Counted from the first letter of the stretch, positions 1-13,163 are shown. The stretch: DNA of 64,000 nucleotides from Lytechinus pictus (GCF_037042905.1 NC_087251.1:6078001-6142000); one strand, 5' to 3'. The notes: generated by a model from the letters alone, not told the origin. Numbers and translations are program-made.

Positions 1-1153
1 CTCATTGAATATGCTAATTTATGCATATTTTTCCAAACTAAAAAAATGCTTCTTATTTGTTGACCGATTTTGATTTTTTTTGTTCCATCTGAGATCTACA
101 TGAGGTTCACCATGGTTCTACACAGAATTTAGAAATTTTGACTAGAAAATTATTTATGTTTATTATACAAAATTTATTCATAAATCACAAAAAATTATTA
201 TTTGACATTTATTCATCAATTTCAATTCTGTTTCCTCAATTTATGTCACCAATATAATTCACTAGTTGTGTCAACTGGGCTGAAATTAAAAATTGTATTA
301 AATTTCTTTGTGAGATGCCAGATGAGCTCTACATCATTGATGTGCTAGTTAATGTTATAACCTTCAAAGTACATGTAAATGGATCAGTTTCATGAAGCTT
401 GGACATAAGGGTAAACGCATATCACTGATAAGTTTGCATTAGTTTCAGGTCACATGATTAAAGTCAAAGGTCATTTGAGGTCAACAAACTTAGTATTTTA
501 TTTAAATATTTTTTCTTCATCTTAGTGGCTTTCAAAGAAAGCACTGCTGCTATATTTAATATTTTAATGCAGGCAAAGCTGCCATTGGTGTTCCACTGTT
601 TTTCCATTCAAAAGATTAATTTTCTATAAATGAAATGAATAATTAAGACATTTATAATTGTTGGACGGACAGGTTTATACTTTCTGTGAGTCTTAGACTG
701 GAAGCAAATTATACAGAGTAACAGTGGGTCTAATATATTCTGTTTTTGATGGATTGGCCAAAATTTGTTGTAGAGCGAAGTCAGTGAACTTTGAGAAGTC
801 AAATTTGCATGAGAATTATCTCAGAAGAACCTCACAAAATTAACTTAAGTACCTGTGCTCCTACAAATGAAACCATATATGTAATAATTGATTTGCTTTA
901 TTTTATTCATTGAGTGTAGAATGAGGGAATTAATTAATGTGAAGGGAAGGGAACGTCCATGCTTGGAAATTCTAGCAACTAAAACAATTATGAAAAAGAA
1001 AGCACAAATTTTGTTATTAAAAACTAAAGTAGATGTTGCCTAAAAAAGTTTGTGTGTGTGTTTATTAAGCTACATTGCCTGTTAACTATACTTTGATAAT
1101 AATCCAGTATAACAGCTAAAACAATATAATCTGGCTATATTTTGATTTCACAG

Positions 1154-1283
1154 TTATGGTGGTGGACGACCAGAACGACCTGCCTATGACAGCAGAGGAT
1201 CAGAGCGAGGCTATGAAAGAGGAGGCTTCGATCATGGGGGCTATGATAGAGGAAGCCGACGCTCCCCTCCTCCAAGACGCTAA
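1154..1283 (+). CDS. Terminal coding exon of a Gly/Arg/Tyr/Asp-rich, probably RNA-binding (SR/RGG-like) protein; upstream exons lie outside the window
   Basis: Acceptor ttttgatttcacag ends at 1153. Frame reads YGGGRPERPAYDSRGSERGYERGGFDHGGYDRGSRRSPPPRR* (TAA 1281-1283), followed by a long AT-rich UTR-like stretch. Confidence 0.7.
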
Positions 1284-1555
1284 ATTGCTTCATGTAAGAG
1301 AAATGAATTTGAAGAAGGAAATTATTTTCACAAATTCTGTAATATGGTCTAAAAATGTGACCAAAATTTGGTCAAAGTGTTTGATTATGCTGTTATCTGT
1401 TGTTTAATGTACATACATGATCATGGTGTTTGATGTTACTTGATTTTTTTTTCCATTGCCCTCTCTACGATCATTATGTTCTTATTGTACTGATTCCTAC
1501 TTTCCAGTTCAGAATAATCTTCTTTAAAAAAAAACTGATTTGAAAAGACTACGTA

Positions 1556-1667
1556 TAGTGGTGGACCGTGACCAGGAGGAGACAAAGCATTGGAGGGAAA
1601 AGCATTGTTCACAAACAATACAGTGCCCCTCCAATCATTGTCTCCTCCGGGTCACGGTCCGCCATTG
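1556..1667. mobile_element. Short palindromic MITE (hAT-like termini) in the probable 3' UTR
   Basis: Arms gtggtggaccgtgaccaggaggagacaa / ttgtctcctccgggtcacggtccgccat and attggaggg / ccctccaat. Flanks actacgta / actgcata may be a decayed 8-bp TSD. Confidence 0.65.
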
Positions 1668-1943
1668 ACTGCATAACATGCTTTTATGTGAGTTACTTTT
1701 AATTGCATCTTCCAAATACATTAATTTAATGAAATTTTCAGTCTTGAAAAAATGTGTAACTTGCGAATTTCATTTGTACTGTATATTGACATTTTAAACA
1801 TTTTTAAAAACTATTGATTGCATTATTTATTTCAAAATATGATATTCAGAAAGTTTACACAATGTAGGCTGTGAGACATTTCATTACTCAGTAAGAAAGT
1901 TACTAGCAACAGTTCATATAAGTCCTCTATGGATAAATCTTTA

Positions 1944-2345
1944 TTAAAGAGAAATGCCAGTAGTTGCAGTAAACACTGATTTCATGAGAAAGTCTGTAAA
2001 ACCAGGCTTAATTGTCAGTATATCATCGAGGATCTGGATCTGGTACAGTTACATAAACTAAACTTTGTGAAATCTTAAAATCTACGCTGAAAAATGTTCA
2101 CGCTGAAGATCACTAACACAGATAAGTGCGCGTGGGACAGTGTATTATTATTGCTTTGAATGTCGGCCCGACGCTTGACCCAAATCCTGTGCTTATTTGC
2201 TGATTTCTCAGCAATTACACAATTTCTTCCAGAATCCTTTGGCACATATGTTTTATTTATACAAACAGACACTTTGGTGGTCATTTCATTGGATTCTGTA
2301 CGAACTCATTTTGATATCGTTACCACAACTGGAATTTACCTTTAA
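1944..2345. mobile_element. TTAA-flanked MITE (Kolobok-like)
   Basis: Starts ttaaagagaaatgccagtagttgcagtaa and ends ttaccacaactggaatttacctttaa: imperfect TIRs bounded by TTAA. Confidence 0.6.
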
Positions 2346-3476
2346 GTGGTGAATAAGTACATTTGATCTAAATGTTCTTTGTTCTTTGAAATTTCCCTAC
2401 ATAACATTCAATCATTGCGTTCCATGATTCACACAGCATTATTTCAAACTTTGTGGCCTGCTACCTCTAAATTGCATTATTGTGTACTACATTCAATTAT
2501 ATTTCATTTACCCTGTTAGTTCAATTTGAAAAAAGAAAAACAAAAAATTATTACCCCCCCAATGGTCACTATTTGGAGCACTTTTTTATTTATTTTGCGT
2601 TTCATTATGGGGACCCATACTTGTTTTTAATGGATAAACTACATGTACATATACGATACATTAGCATAACTTCTTGCTATTATCTTGCAAACTTTCATGT
2701 GAAGATTTTTTTTCTGTTTTAAAAAAGTGCATGTGTGTATGAAAAATGAATGTTTGTATTTTTTGTACTAGTTTGTTCGTTTACTGGAATTGCACAAAAT
2801 GTAGGTATAGACAGGAGGGTTTGTAGTTTGTACATTATTCTTGATTATGAAAGAGATAATAATCTATGTGAATATTGTAGTATTTTGCAGACATGTACCC
2901 AAGTCCTATAGTACCATGCAGTATTTTGATATGCAAATTAAGATTGCAACTCTGCAAGTTTATTCCGATATTTGTTATTTTTGTTTTTCTGTTCATTTAA
3001 AAGGGGGCATGCTCCAGAATATACTATTCCTTGTCTTAGCTTGTATTCAGTCTTGATATTAATTAAGGGTTTTGTTTGTCCAGATACAACTAGACTTTGG
3101 TTTAAAACATATATGCTGATTATCTTAAGGAAATTGTAAATTTGCAAAGCTTTTCCTGTATTTTTAATGAGAGACGGACAGGCATATGAAGTGAAACACT
3201 GTCAACTTTGATTTTTGTTTGTTTCATTGTTGATGCATGTAAGTGATTTTTTAATGTGAGCATTGACTATTTTCCTGTGTCTTTTTATAATAAAAAAGAA
3301 TGTGATAAAAGAGCACGAAGAATGTATTTTTTATGTTGTCATTAATTTGGAAACTTCCAGATTTAACCCATGGTGTTCTTTTGAACATACGCGTACAGGG
3401 TGTTTATTTTGTAAGTGGGGCTGCTATCCCCCTCATTTTTTTTTTTCAGCGTCATAATTTTCACTGAATTTCCCTG

Positions 3477-4307
3477 TTAAAGGACAAGTCCACACCCCCA
3501 AAAAAAAGATTGATGTGAATAATAAGAGAAATATATCCAACAAGCATTAATCTGAAAATTTGATCAAAATTTTGTATAGTAACATGAAAGATTTTTTTTT
3601 TTTTTTTGGGGGGGGCAAGTCTTCCCCTCACCTTATTTTATTCCCTCGTCTAACTCGGCTCATTTTCGTCTTCTTTTTCCCCCTTCTGTCTTTCTCCCTT
3701 TCCTTTTTTTCTTTTCTTCTTTCTCCTTTTTTTTTGCTCCGCCAATTTTTTTTCAGGGGGGGGGGGGCACGTGCCAGCTCCCCCCCCCCTTAGCTACGCC
3801 ACTGATTGTACATGTGTAAAATAAGAAAGTTATGACATTTTAAAGTTTCGCTGAATTTCACAAAACATATGCACATCCTGGTTGGTATGAAAATGAGGAG
3901 ACTGATGACACCATCCACTCTTGTATTTTATTAAACAAAATGTGAAATATTCTAATTTTCTCTTCACTGTCATGTGAAAGGAGTTTTATTTCCTCCTGGA
4001 TATGTGGAATTACCATTATTTTAACATCTTGTGAGTCGTCAAGTTGGTCATTATTGTCAAGTTTGTAAAAATTGAAAAACAAGAAACAAAAGAAATGAGT
4101 GAGGGACATCCTGGGGGATAACATCGATTATTTCATTTACATGTCACTGAATGGTGCAAAAAACTATTTTGTGAAAAATAAGCAAAACTTCAAAATGTCA
4201 TAACCTTATTTTACATCCGATTTGGATGAAATTTTCAGCCTTATGCTTGTTGGATTTTTCTCTATTGATTCAAATCAACATTTTTCTGGGGTAGACTTGA
4301 CTTTTAA
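3477..4307. mobile_element. TTAA-flanked MITE (Kolobok-like), same family as 58662-59263, interrupted by a 245-bp insertion
   Basis: TIRs ttaaaggacaagtccac...gtagacttgacttttaa. Interior is colinear with 58662-59263 apart from 3566-3810. Confidence 0.8.
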
Positions 4308-4373
4308 TAAAAGCTTCTTGATAGTCGGGTCAGTGAATGCCATAGGGGATTGAAGTTCCACTCTTGTGGCTGT

Positions 4374-4652
4374 CAAAAGGGTACTCCAGGCTGAAAATGA
4401 TAGGACTGCAAATGCAAAAACTTATTTTGTTAAAAGGAGACATGAAATGGGGGAGGGGGGGCATGTCATGACATATTCAGGCCACCTATTGCATATACAA
4501 GATGGCGTGCATAATTATATAAACTTTGAAATACAGTAACTTTGTTACATAATTATTTATACTATCAGATTTTGATAAAAATTTTAGCGTTTTGCTCTGG
4601 ATTTTACTGATACGTCAGATTTAATTATTTTCAGTGCCGAGTACCCTTTTAA
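4374..4652. mobile_element. Kolobok-like MITE
   Basis: Inverted termini aaaagggtactccaggctgaaaat...attttcagtgccgagtacccttttaa. Confidence 0.55.
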
Positions 4653-5279
4653 CTGGTGTGAACATGTTTTTTTTTTCTAAATCGCCCTCTGGTTATTTCA
4701 ATTGTACCCCGAAACACAGTCTACATGAAAAGGAGGGCAAGAGAGAGAGAGACTATTATTTTTCTGTCGCCTGTATTTTGGACATCTACATATTTTTGGT
4801 TCTTGTTGATAGGTGAGCGATTCTTCCCCTGCTGGAGTGATTTATATATCGGGTATCCAAACATGATCGGGGGAAGAAGTAAAGTAGATAGTGTGAAGTC
4901 CTTTCAAATTTGGGTACATTATCCAGTGGAAATTGTGGGGAATGCATTTTCATTGTTAATATCATCTGTGTAACATGCACAAATGCCTAAAAAGCTAAAA
5001 ATATAGGGAAAATAATGCACACGTTATTGTATCGACCAAAGTATCAGGCCTACGATGTGAAAGTTTTAAAAAAGTGCATAAGAGAAGAACTGATTTGGGG
5101 TGAGGAGACTATTACCTCCTTAAAGGGGTATTCAACCTTGGTAATAAAATGAATAATATGTGGAAGGAGACAGTGAAGAGAATGCAGTTTGAAAGAAATA
5201 GACAATGAGAAAATTAAACCCTAAACTGGCAACTCAGTAATTGTGGCAAAGGCAACACTCCCAATCATAACGTATACTA

Positions 5280-5882
5280 TAGAGTACTCATAAAATCAAA
5301 ATGCGAGCGCGCAGCGCTAATTTATAGTCCTATTCGTTTGACAATCACATCTGAAAATGGATATTTTGATAACTTTATGGAATACACGAAGACAATGCGA
5401 ACTTGGCAAATCAAACAATGCGACCACGCAGCGTGAGCTTAGAATTTTAATATGTAGACCACAAAATGGACATTTCACAGAGCACTTAAATTTGTAAATG
5501 AAAAAAAAATAATGAAAGCTCGATGTCCGAGCTGAAATATGTTTTGTATATTGACTTCAAAACTTGATATTTTAAGCTACATATCAGCCTATTGAGCAAG
5601 ATATGAATCTCATCCAACAGGCATTTCTGGCGCGAAGCGCAAGCGAAAATTTTGTATAGTAACATGAAAGATTTTTTTTTTTTTTTGGGGGGGGGGCAAG
5701 TCTTCCCCTCACCTTATTTTATTCCCTCGTCTAACTCGGCTCATTTTCGTCTTCTTTTTCCCCCTTCTGTCTTTCTCCCTTTCCTTTTTTTCTTTTCTTC
5801 TTTCTCCTTTTTTTTTGCTCCGCCAATTTTTTTTCAGGGGGGGGGGGCACGTGCCAGCTCCCCCCCCTTAGCTACGCCACTG
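5280..5882. mobile_element. Partial hAT-like non-autonomous element (CAGTGGCGTA terminus on the minus strand)
   Basis: Ends in ctacgccactg. Carries gcgagcgcg/gcgcgaagcgc-type motifs like those in 48836-49779. Left boundary is approximate. Confidence 0.55.
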
Positions 5883-6814
5883 ATTGTAGACACGTACCTC
5901 TGCGATCAATGTCGTCCAACGGCTGGGATTGGGTACTAGGGCCCACTGAACTGGAATACGTATTAATACGTATAAATATCGTTTTCTTGACAGCTTGGAG
6001 TGTTCGCCCTTAATTGTTTATAAAGTACGTATTAAAAAAAAATGACACTGATGGATTTCCATGGAGTTACAAGACTGATAGGATCAATCGTAACCCCTTG
6101 TAAGACGGGCCTCTGATATGCGTGGGGGCGTGAGGCTGGTGGGGGAGGGTGGTATACATGGATGGAAATCAGGGGACAGGGGGACACGTCCCCCTACCCA
6201 AAATATGAGGGGGGGGCACAATATCAAATGTCCCCCTACTATTTTTGGTCTTATATGATGGAAAGAAATACATCATTCAAAATCGAAATAAAAATTGTAC
6301 TTTGGACGAGATGACCTTACTTTTTGGGTGATAACCTTTTTTTTGCTTGTCAAATTTATTTTGGTCGAAATGACCTTCCATTTTGGGGTGATAACCTTTT
6401 TTTTTTGCTTGTAAAATTTTCAAACCCCTGGTCCCCCCTGCCTTGGAGATTTTCGCCCTTGAGGGTATATACGATATACCCGGGGTAAATTGCTGACCTG
6501 CCGATTCGACCGTCTATTGCCAACTCGTCCACTCACCAACATGGTCTACATTTAGTCTAATGCCATTCCGTCCATCAACATTTCGTCTAACAACCATTTG
6601 GTCCAATAACCATTGGTCCAATCGATCACTTTTTCTACTAGCCACCATTTCGTCTCAGAACCAGTTGGTCTAGCTAATCGATTAATTTTCATTCATGATG
6701 CCAAATTAATACTTAGTCTAAATAGATCAATTGGTATATGGACTAAATGGCTATTGGACCAACTGGTTATTAGACGAAATGGCAACGAACTGATGGTGGG
6801 GGCCTGGCTGGCCT

Positions 6815-6953
6815 TAGCCTCTTGTAGAGGCCCTGTCGGCTGCTTTCCGAGCGAACATGGCGAAGCAAGGGAGAGAGCGAAGCAGAGCGCCAGGCCGCCA
6901 GTCCTAATTCGCTTCGCTCGGAAAGCAGCCGCCAGGGCCTCGACAAGAGGCTA
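6815..6953. mobile_element. 139-bp palindromic MITE with TAG termini and 9-bp TSD (Academ/AcademH-like by inference)
   Basis: TIR tagcctcttgtagaggccctgtcggctgctttccgagcgaa / ttcgctcggaaagcagccgccagggcctcgacaagaggcta. Perfect flanking duplication GGCTGGCCT at 6806-6814 and 6954-6962. Confidence 0.8.
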
Positions 6954-7028
6954 GGCTGGCCTGGGAAACGGGGCCAGGGCAGGGGGATTACCCTGTTGTT
7001 GTGTGCATGTGTGAGCGCATGCGTATAA

Positions 7029-10000
7029 CACGTACGTGAACCGCCTATAGGCTATGTATCAACTCAGTGGAGCCCGCCATTATAAAAGCCCTCTCGCGGT
7101 AGGTCGCCTAACAGTCTTGTTAGCGACGCTTACGAGCATCTTCTTGCTCACTCTCCAAATTGTCTGCGATATTAAAATCCTAAAAACTAATGAAATCGTT
7201 TAAATTTAGTAAGACTATGAATGTTTATCATTTATATTGACTATCGGTGTATCAACCTATATCGAAATTATAAGCAAGTGTGTGTAAGAAAGCGAATTAC
7301 CAGTCATTTTGATGAGTGATACAATATGCCAAAATTTATGAAAATATAGCGTAAATTTTATATAGCATTTCAAAATCCTTATTTTCAATATCCCCATAAT
7401 TTTTTGTTGTTTTAAAAAATATCTTAATACATTAAATAGAATTTTCCCGACCTGATAACGTTGGTAGCTTATTTTCTCCATCATTCATAAGAAAATTTTA
7501 GGCCTTCAAAATCAGGTTGTTTTTTGTTATATTTCTAAAAGAAAATAGTTAGATTCGAACTACTATACCATTGTTCTCCCGAAGAAGGGTTATCATCTCA
7601 TAATTTTGTGTATATCGTACATAACATTAAATATTACGAGTGTAGCAATCAATGTTGGATAACATTTTTCACGATGAGTTACGTAATGAACAGACAAATC
7701 AAGTTCATTCTTAGCACGCGAGCCGCATAATGCTAAATTTTAGCGTGTGCAGACGAGGCTGATCGCCCTGGCTGTCCGTTCAGATTATCCAGTCCGATAC
7801 TGGAGTCAGGTGGTATATTTTACGTACCTTTTCCCCTCGCGATGACCACTGTGCAGTTTAAGTGTTTTATTTTGATACTCAGTCTATGAAATTCATACTT
7901 TACCGATGTCTAAAAATGCTTGGAATATACCTGACACATAAATTATTTCATTTTCGGTGATTATTATTTCTTTCCTTAATTACAATAAGTCAACTTGATG
8001 TCAAGAACATTGACTGTATAGTTAAAATATAGGTTTGGGAAATATCGTGTTAAGTTTGTCCAATGTCATCAGCATCTCGGTATATGTTAAACAGAAAATA
8101 TAAAACAACTATATGTTTTGTAAATTCCACGACCGCCTACACCATTATGGAACATATGAAGCCGACCTGCATGACCGCCGGGGGGGGGGGGGCACTCAAA
8201 TTATTTGTTAAAATGAAAGTAAGACCTTCAATATGCCTATTTTACCAGGCTCTTGTGATTATAAATTATAATCATGGTGAGTTGGGGGAGTGAAAAGGGT
8301 TGGATGAAATAGATTGGGGAGGGGTCGAGGCCGAGAGAAAAAAAGAATTAAGGGGCCAAAAGGAGATTGCAGGCCGGTAGAATGACAGAGGGGCAAATAT
8401 TATTAGGGCAAGCTTTATTTGAGGAAGCTTGACCATAACAGGAGGGAATGAATAATAGAAGACAGTGGAAATTTAAATAGGGAGAGCTGATCTTTGAGAT
8501 ATATAAAAGCAAAAACAAAGAAAGAGAGAACAGGGAGATATAGAAGGAGGAGGAGAAGCCCTTGCAATTAAAATATATCAAACACACTTGTCTGGGGCGG
8601 CAGTGAGCACGGTGAGATGATGATTATTCCCCCCCCCCTCCCTCTATCACCTATAGTCAGTAGCAGAGAAAGGGGGCTAATGGGACCAGCAGAAAATTGA
8701 CTGATTGATCGATGAATTGAATTTGTTTAGCCAGATTGGCTAATAAAATCAATTTATTGACTGTATTGAATACAGTCACCAAAATAAAATACAGTAGCAT
8801 TAAAATCAGTAATCTCGGACAGCTGGAAAGCTTATAGTAGGATCCCATTATGATAAAAGGTAAAAACTTAATATTTACACGATAAAAACAGGAATTACTA
8901 TTAGAAATAAGAAAGATAAAGGGATGGTATATACAAAAGGAGGAGGAAGAGGAGCTGGATTGAGAGCCGAAAGGCTTCTCTAATCTTCCCTCCGTTTTCA
9001 ACATGGAAACTACATTTTTTTAATTCTTAAAATTAATAAACTACTGTTAGAAAGATTTTTTTTAAAGTGCTTTAGATTGCATGGCCGAAAGTATAAAAAC
9101 GAGACATTTCTCGCAAAGTGCCAATCAGCCCAGGTCATTACGAAATTATGTTTTGCTTTCTTGCAATGGTTATAGGGACTATCCGCCGAATCACGAGAGC
9201 CTGGTTTATCGCAGTTGTATGATTCAAAATTGTTGTAAATATTGCCATCATTTTTATTTTAACAAATCAGGAGCCGCCATGTCGTCTTCATGTCCCAGTT
9301 CGTGGAGGCAGCCGTGGAATTTACAAAGTTTACAGTCATTCTGTGATCTGTTTAACATACAGTGAGATACTCATGACATTGGGCAAACTTAACACGATAT
9401 TTCCCAAGCCTTGACAATTCTTTCATTTTTAACTAGAGTATATACAGTCAATGTACACATTCTAAGATTGACTTTTTGTAATTCATGCACGTCGAAAGAA
9501 ATAATAAAAGTCGAAAATGAGATCAATCATGTGTCAGGTATATTAGAGCATTTTTAGATATCGGTAAACTATTCATTTCACAGATTAAGTATCAACATTA
9601 AGCACTATAACACTGGACAGTGGTCATCGCAAGGGGAAAATGTACGTAGAATATACCACCCGAAACCAGCATGGCCAGTATGGGACTAGATAATCCCGTC
9701 CGACACACTAGGGATCAGCCCCGTCTGCGCACGCTAAAATTTATCATTCTGCGGCTCGCGTGCCAAGAATGAACTTGATTTTTTATCTTCATTACAAAAC
9801 TCATCGTGAAAAAGATTATCTAACATGGATTAATACACTCCTAAAATGAATTGCTATGTATCATTTACACAACAATACGAGATGATAACCCTCCTTCGGG
9901 CGTAAAGTTGGTATAGTAGTTCGAATCTAACAATTTTCTGTTAGAAATATAACAAAAATTAACCTGATTTTGAAGGTCTGGCATTTCCTCATAAAGCCGA

Positions 10001-10434
10001 GAAACAGTAATCTATTAACGTTATCAGGTCGGGAAAATTCTGGTAAATGTAATAAGATATTTTTTAAAACAACAAAAAATTATGGGGATATTGAAAATAA
10101 GGATTTTGAAATGCTATATAAAATTTACGCTATATTTTCATAAATTTTGGCACTTTGCATCACTCATCAAAATGACTGATAATTCGTAATATAACCGGCA
10201 ATTGCCTTTAAATTCGGTATGAGTTTGTACACCGATAGTCAGTGTAAATGATAAACATTCATAGCCTTACTAAATTTGAATAATTCCATCAGTTTGTAGG
10301 ATTTTAATATCGCAGACATTATGGAGATTGAGCCAAACGATGCTAACAGGCGTTGCTAACAGGGTTGCTAGGCCCGAAAATCCGATTAAGCTCCGCCCAC
10401 TTTTTACACTGAGTTGGAGGGATGAACGTACGTG
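7029..10434. mobile_element. Large foldback element with ~1.15-kb imperfect inverted arms (7029-~8175 and ~9270-10434) around a ~1.1-kb spacer
   Basis: Reverse-complement matches along both arms, e.g. gccaaaatttatgaaaatatagcgtaaattttatatagcatttcaaaatcc (~7330) vs ggattttgaaatgctatataaaatttacgctatattttcataaattttggc (~10100). Candidate termini cacgtacgt/acgtacgtg are flanked by ATAA on both sides. Confidence 0.8.
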
Positions 10435-10489
10435 ATAAACGTACATACCGGTACGTACGGTATGTGTGTAAAACATATTAATATGTATG

Positions 10490-11005
10490 ATGGGGGGACC
10501 TAAAGCTACGCACTTTGTTTACAAACGATACAAACTATGCCAATTTTAATATTCTAACAAATCATCTTTCACAAATTTGTGTTAAATATTGTAAAGATTC
10601 ATAACCAAAAAGAAAATATCACAAAACTCACTAATACGAAAATCCCGCCGTGTTTTCCGAACACCTCTTGATTTCGCCGCCCGATATAGAGGGGTCCTAA
10701 AGCTACGCACTCAATTTATCATGCAAAGAAAAAGTATTTCCTGTCTCTAAACTTCTAAATAATGTTCATATTCTTATAGGAAAATATGAAATCAGAGTGA
10801 ATATAACTCCAAAATTCCAAACAGTCGCTGGTTTTCTCTGTATTTAGCGATTTATTGCAGCCTCTGTACAAAAACTGAATAGGAATCGTTCGTCACACTG
10901 CAGTCACTAGCTCCACACACAGAGTGCGCATTTTGCAATTGAAATTGCATGCGCATTGGAGTGGTGCGTAGCTTTAGGACCCGCGTAGCTTTAGGACCCC
11001 CTACC
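10490..11005. mobile_element. pogo/Tc1-like MITE directly upstream of the NUDT14 start codon
   Basis: Motif ggggtcctaaagctacgcac at ~10492 and ~10691, with inverted copies gcgtagctttaggaccc twice at 10966-11000. Confidence 0.65.
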
Positions 11006-11040
11006 ATATAGCTTAGCTGCTAGGGATTGATCCTGCTGCA

Positions 11041-11124
11041 ATGGCCGATAAAATATCTGATGTCAGTGTTTCTCTTTGTTCGAGTTCTAAGTATGTGACA
11101 CCTTTCCGACTGCTATATAAACAG
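11041..11124 (+). CDS. NUDT14: NUDT14-like UDP-sugar diphosphatase, coding exon 1
   Basis: Reads MADKISDVSVSLCSSSKYVTPFRLLYKQ, then donor GTAAGT. Resembles the recalled NUDT14 N-terminus (..SPYLRPLTLHYRQ). Phase-0 join to exon 2. Confidence 0.88.
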
Positions 11125-11283
11125 GTAAGTCTAGCTACGGTTATTTTTTTTTCAACACTGCGGGATCCCGACCCGAGACTGCCAAAAAAAAGACTTTACC
11201 TAGGCTAAGTTGGAAGTTGGACTTGGAGTTAGCGCAGCCAAAAGTTCAAAACCTCGATTCCTACCACAGTCACAGAGTCAGAG

Positions 11284-11800
11284 CACTCATTCAATGAACA
11301 AGGTTATATGATATAACCTTGTTCTCAGTTACAAATACAATACATCTCCATGGACCATGTGTTGCAAAATAAGGGTAGCAATGTTTGGCTTATTTTCTCT
11401 GTTTCTTTGAGACAAATGCTTGATTTTTTACACTTTCTGTTTCCATTACAGCTATTCATCATATAACTTGGCTCTTAAGTAAATTTGATTCTTTAAATCA
11501 TTTTTTCTTAATTAAAAATAGAGATTGAAAAATGAAAATTTTCTTACCATATTACTTTCCACCAATAGAGGGCGTACACAAAAATATGCCCAAAATTTAA
11601 GTTTTTGAGCGCTCTGGTGAATACAAAAATTATTCCCTGGCCACTTATGAAAAATAAATTGCAACTGTATGGAAATTAGTAATTTTGGTCACAAAAGTGA
11701 CATTTTAATGATTTTTTAAAGTGTGTGCTGTGTACAGCATTGGCATACCATAGTCCTTCCTGTAGATTTCCCACAGGCAGGATGGTTGCAGTGAACAAGT
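11284..11800 (+). repeat. Interspersed repeat, with an inverted copy at ~48270-48766
   Basis: Shared cactcattcaatgaacaaggttatatgatataaccttgttctcag hairpin and ccaccaatagagggcgtacacaaaaatatgccc core. Confidence 0.8.
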
Positions 11801-12064
11801 GCTACAGAGCTAGCCAGAACAGCCAGCTGTGCTGGCCACGGGTTTTGGATGCGCCGCTGCATCATGCAATCAGTAATGTCACACTCAGTCTCAGCACTCG
11901 CTGCATTATAGTGTAGAGGACCGTGATATATTTTTTATTTTGATATAGTCATTTAATACGGATCCTAGAGTCTAGACCAAAACTAAAGCTCCGGTCTCTG
12001 TTATATTGGTTGTTCCACTGAACTCCGTTGGCTCCATCTCCACTCACCTGTGCTCACTTTTTAC

Positions 12065-13163
12065 CAGGGCTGCCAACTTTTGAGAAGAGTTTGGAGTGAG
12101 ACATTGCGAGGGAGCGAAGCGACCAAGTCCAAGCCCGAGGGGGGGATGGTGTGGAAGGGGAGTGTCCCCCCTTCCACGGTAGGGAGCTTTTACAATTTTT
12201 GCAATTTAAATGGTGCAATCTGGCACATACTGTTAACTCTGATTCCATAAATACATAAGGCAGGATTCAAAAATTTGCTTTTTTAATGAAGTTCACTGGC
12301 CTTGAAAAAAAATTCCACATTATTATTCCAAATCAACTACTTTATAAGCTTAGCAATGAAACCTCAACCTCTGATTATCTTCTGCTCCCTTAAAGGAACA
12401 AAGAATGAATTAAGGAAAGAAATAAAGAAGGAAGGAAGCAATATAAAAAAGAAAGAAAAGGTAAAAGAATAGATAAATATAGGACGGATGGACTAAAGAA
12501 TTAAAGAAAGAAAGAAATAAAAAAAGAAAGGAAGAAAAAGAAATAGAGAAAAATGTTTTTTTAAAGGACAGAATGAAAATGAAAAAAGAAAGACAGTAAC
12601 AAAAAATGAAAGAAGAGAGGGAAGCAACAAAGAAAGATTGAAAAGAAAGAAGGAAAGAAACAGAGGAAGAAAGCTAAAACTATCGTCATAAATAAATTTT
12701 CAGTTTCTTTTTGGCTTAATTAAAATAAAGCTACGAAAGAAACTAATTGTATCAACACACACACAAATGTGGGGCTATCATGCATTCAGAGCGCAGGGCC
12801 GGCAGGCTATCACCATGGCATGGCATTGCATTGACACTCGATCGCACCCCGCTTCATAGTAAAATTTCGACGTCACCAGCTCTCATCCTCACACGCGGGA
12901 TACGTAAGCCAATCGCTACTCATCTTGTCTTTACGCTGCAAACCAAAACCAATTTGCATTGATGGTTTAGCTTTGCGCTTGTGTGGTTAAAAACTTTTAA
13001 ACTTTTGCCTGGCCGGGTCATAATGTTATTGAATATCCGATATAGGCTAATAAACTTTTTTCTCTCTATTATCGGGTTTCAGCGTGAGAATTCCTATGAT
13101 CAGGGTGAGAATCGGGTGAACTGTGTGAGACTCAAGCAGATTGCGCGAGAGTTGGCAGCCCTG
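12065..13163. mobile_element. hAT-like MITE with GA-rich interior
   Basis: TIR cagggctgccaact...agttggcagccctg. TSD is imperfect. Confidence 0.7.

Noticed and set aside
1156..1407. ORF-track 83-aa protein MVVDDQND...
   Set aside because: Alternative frame of the exon at 1154-1283; the Gly/Arg/Tyr frame has a proper acceptor and a more plausible composition.
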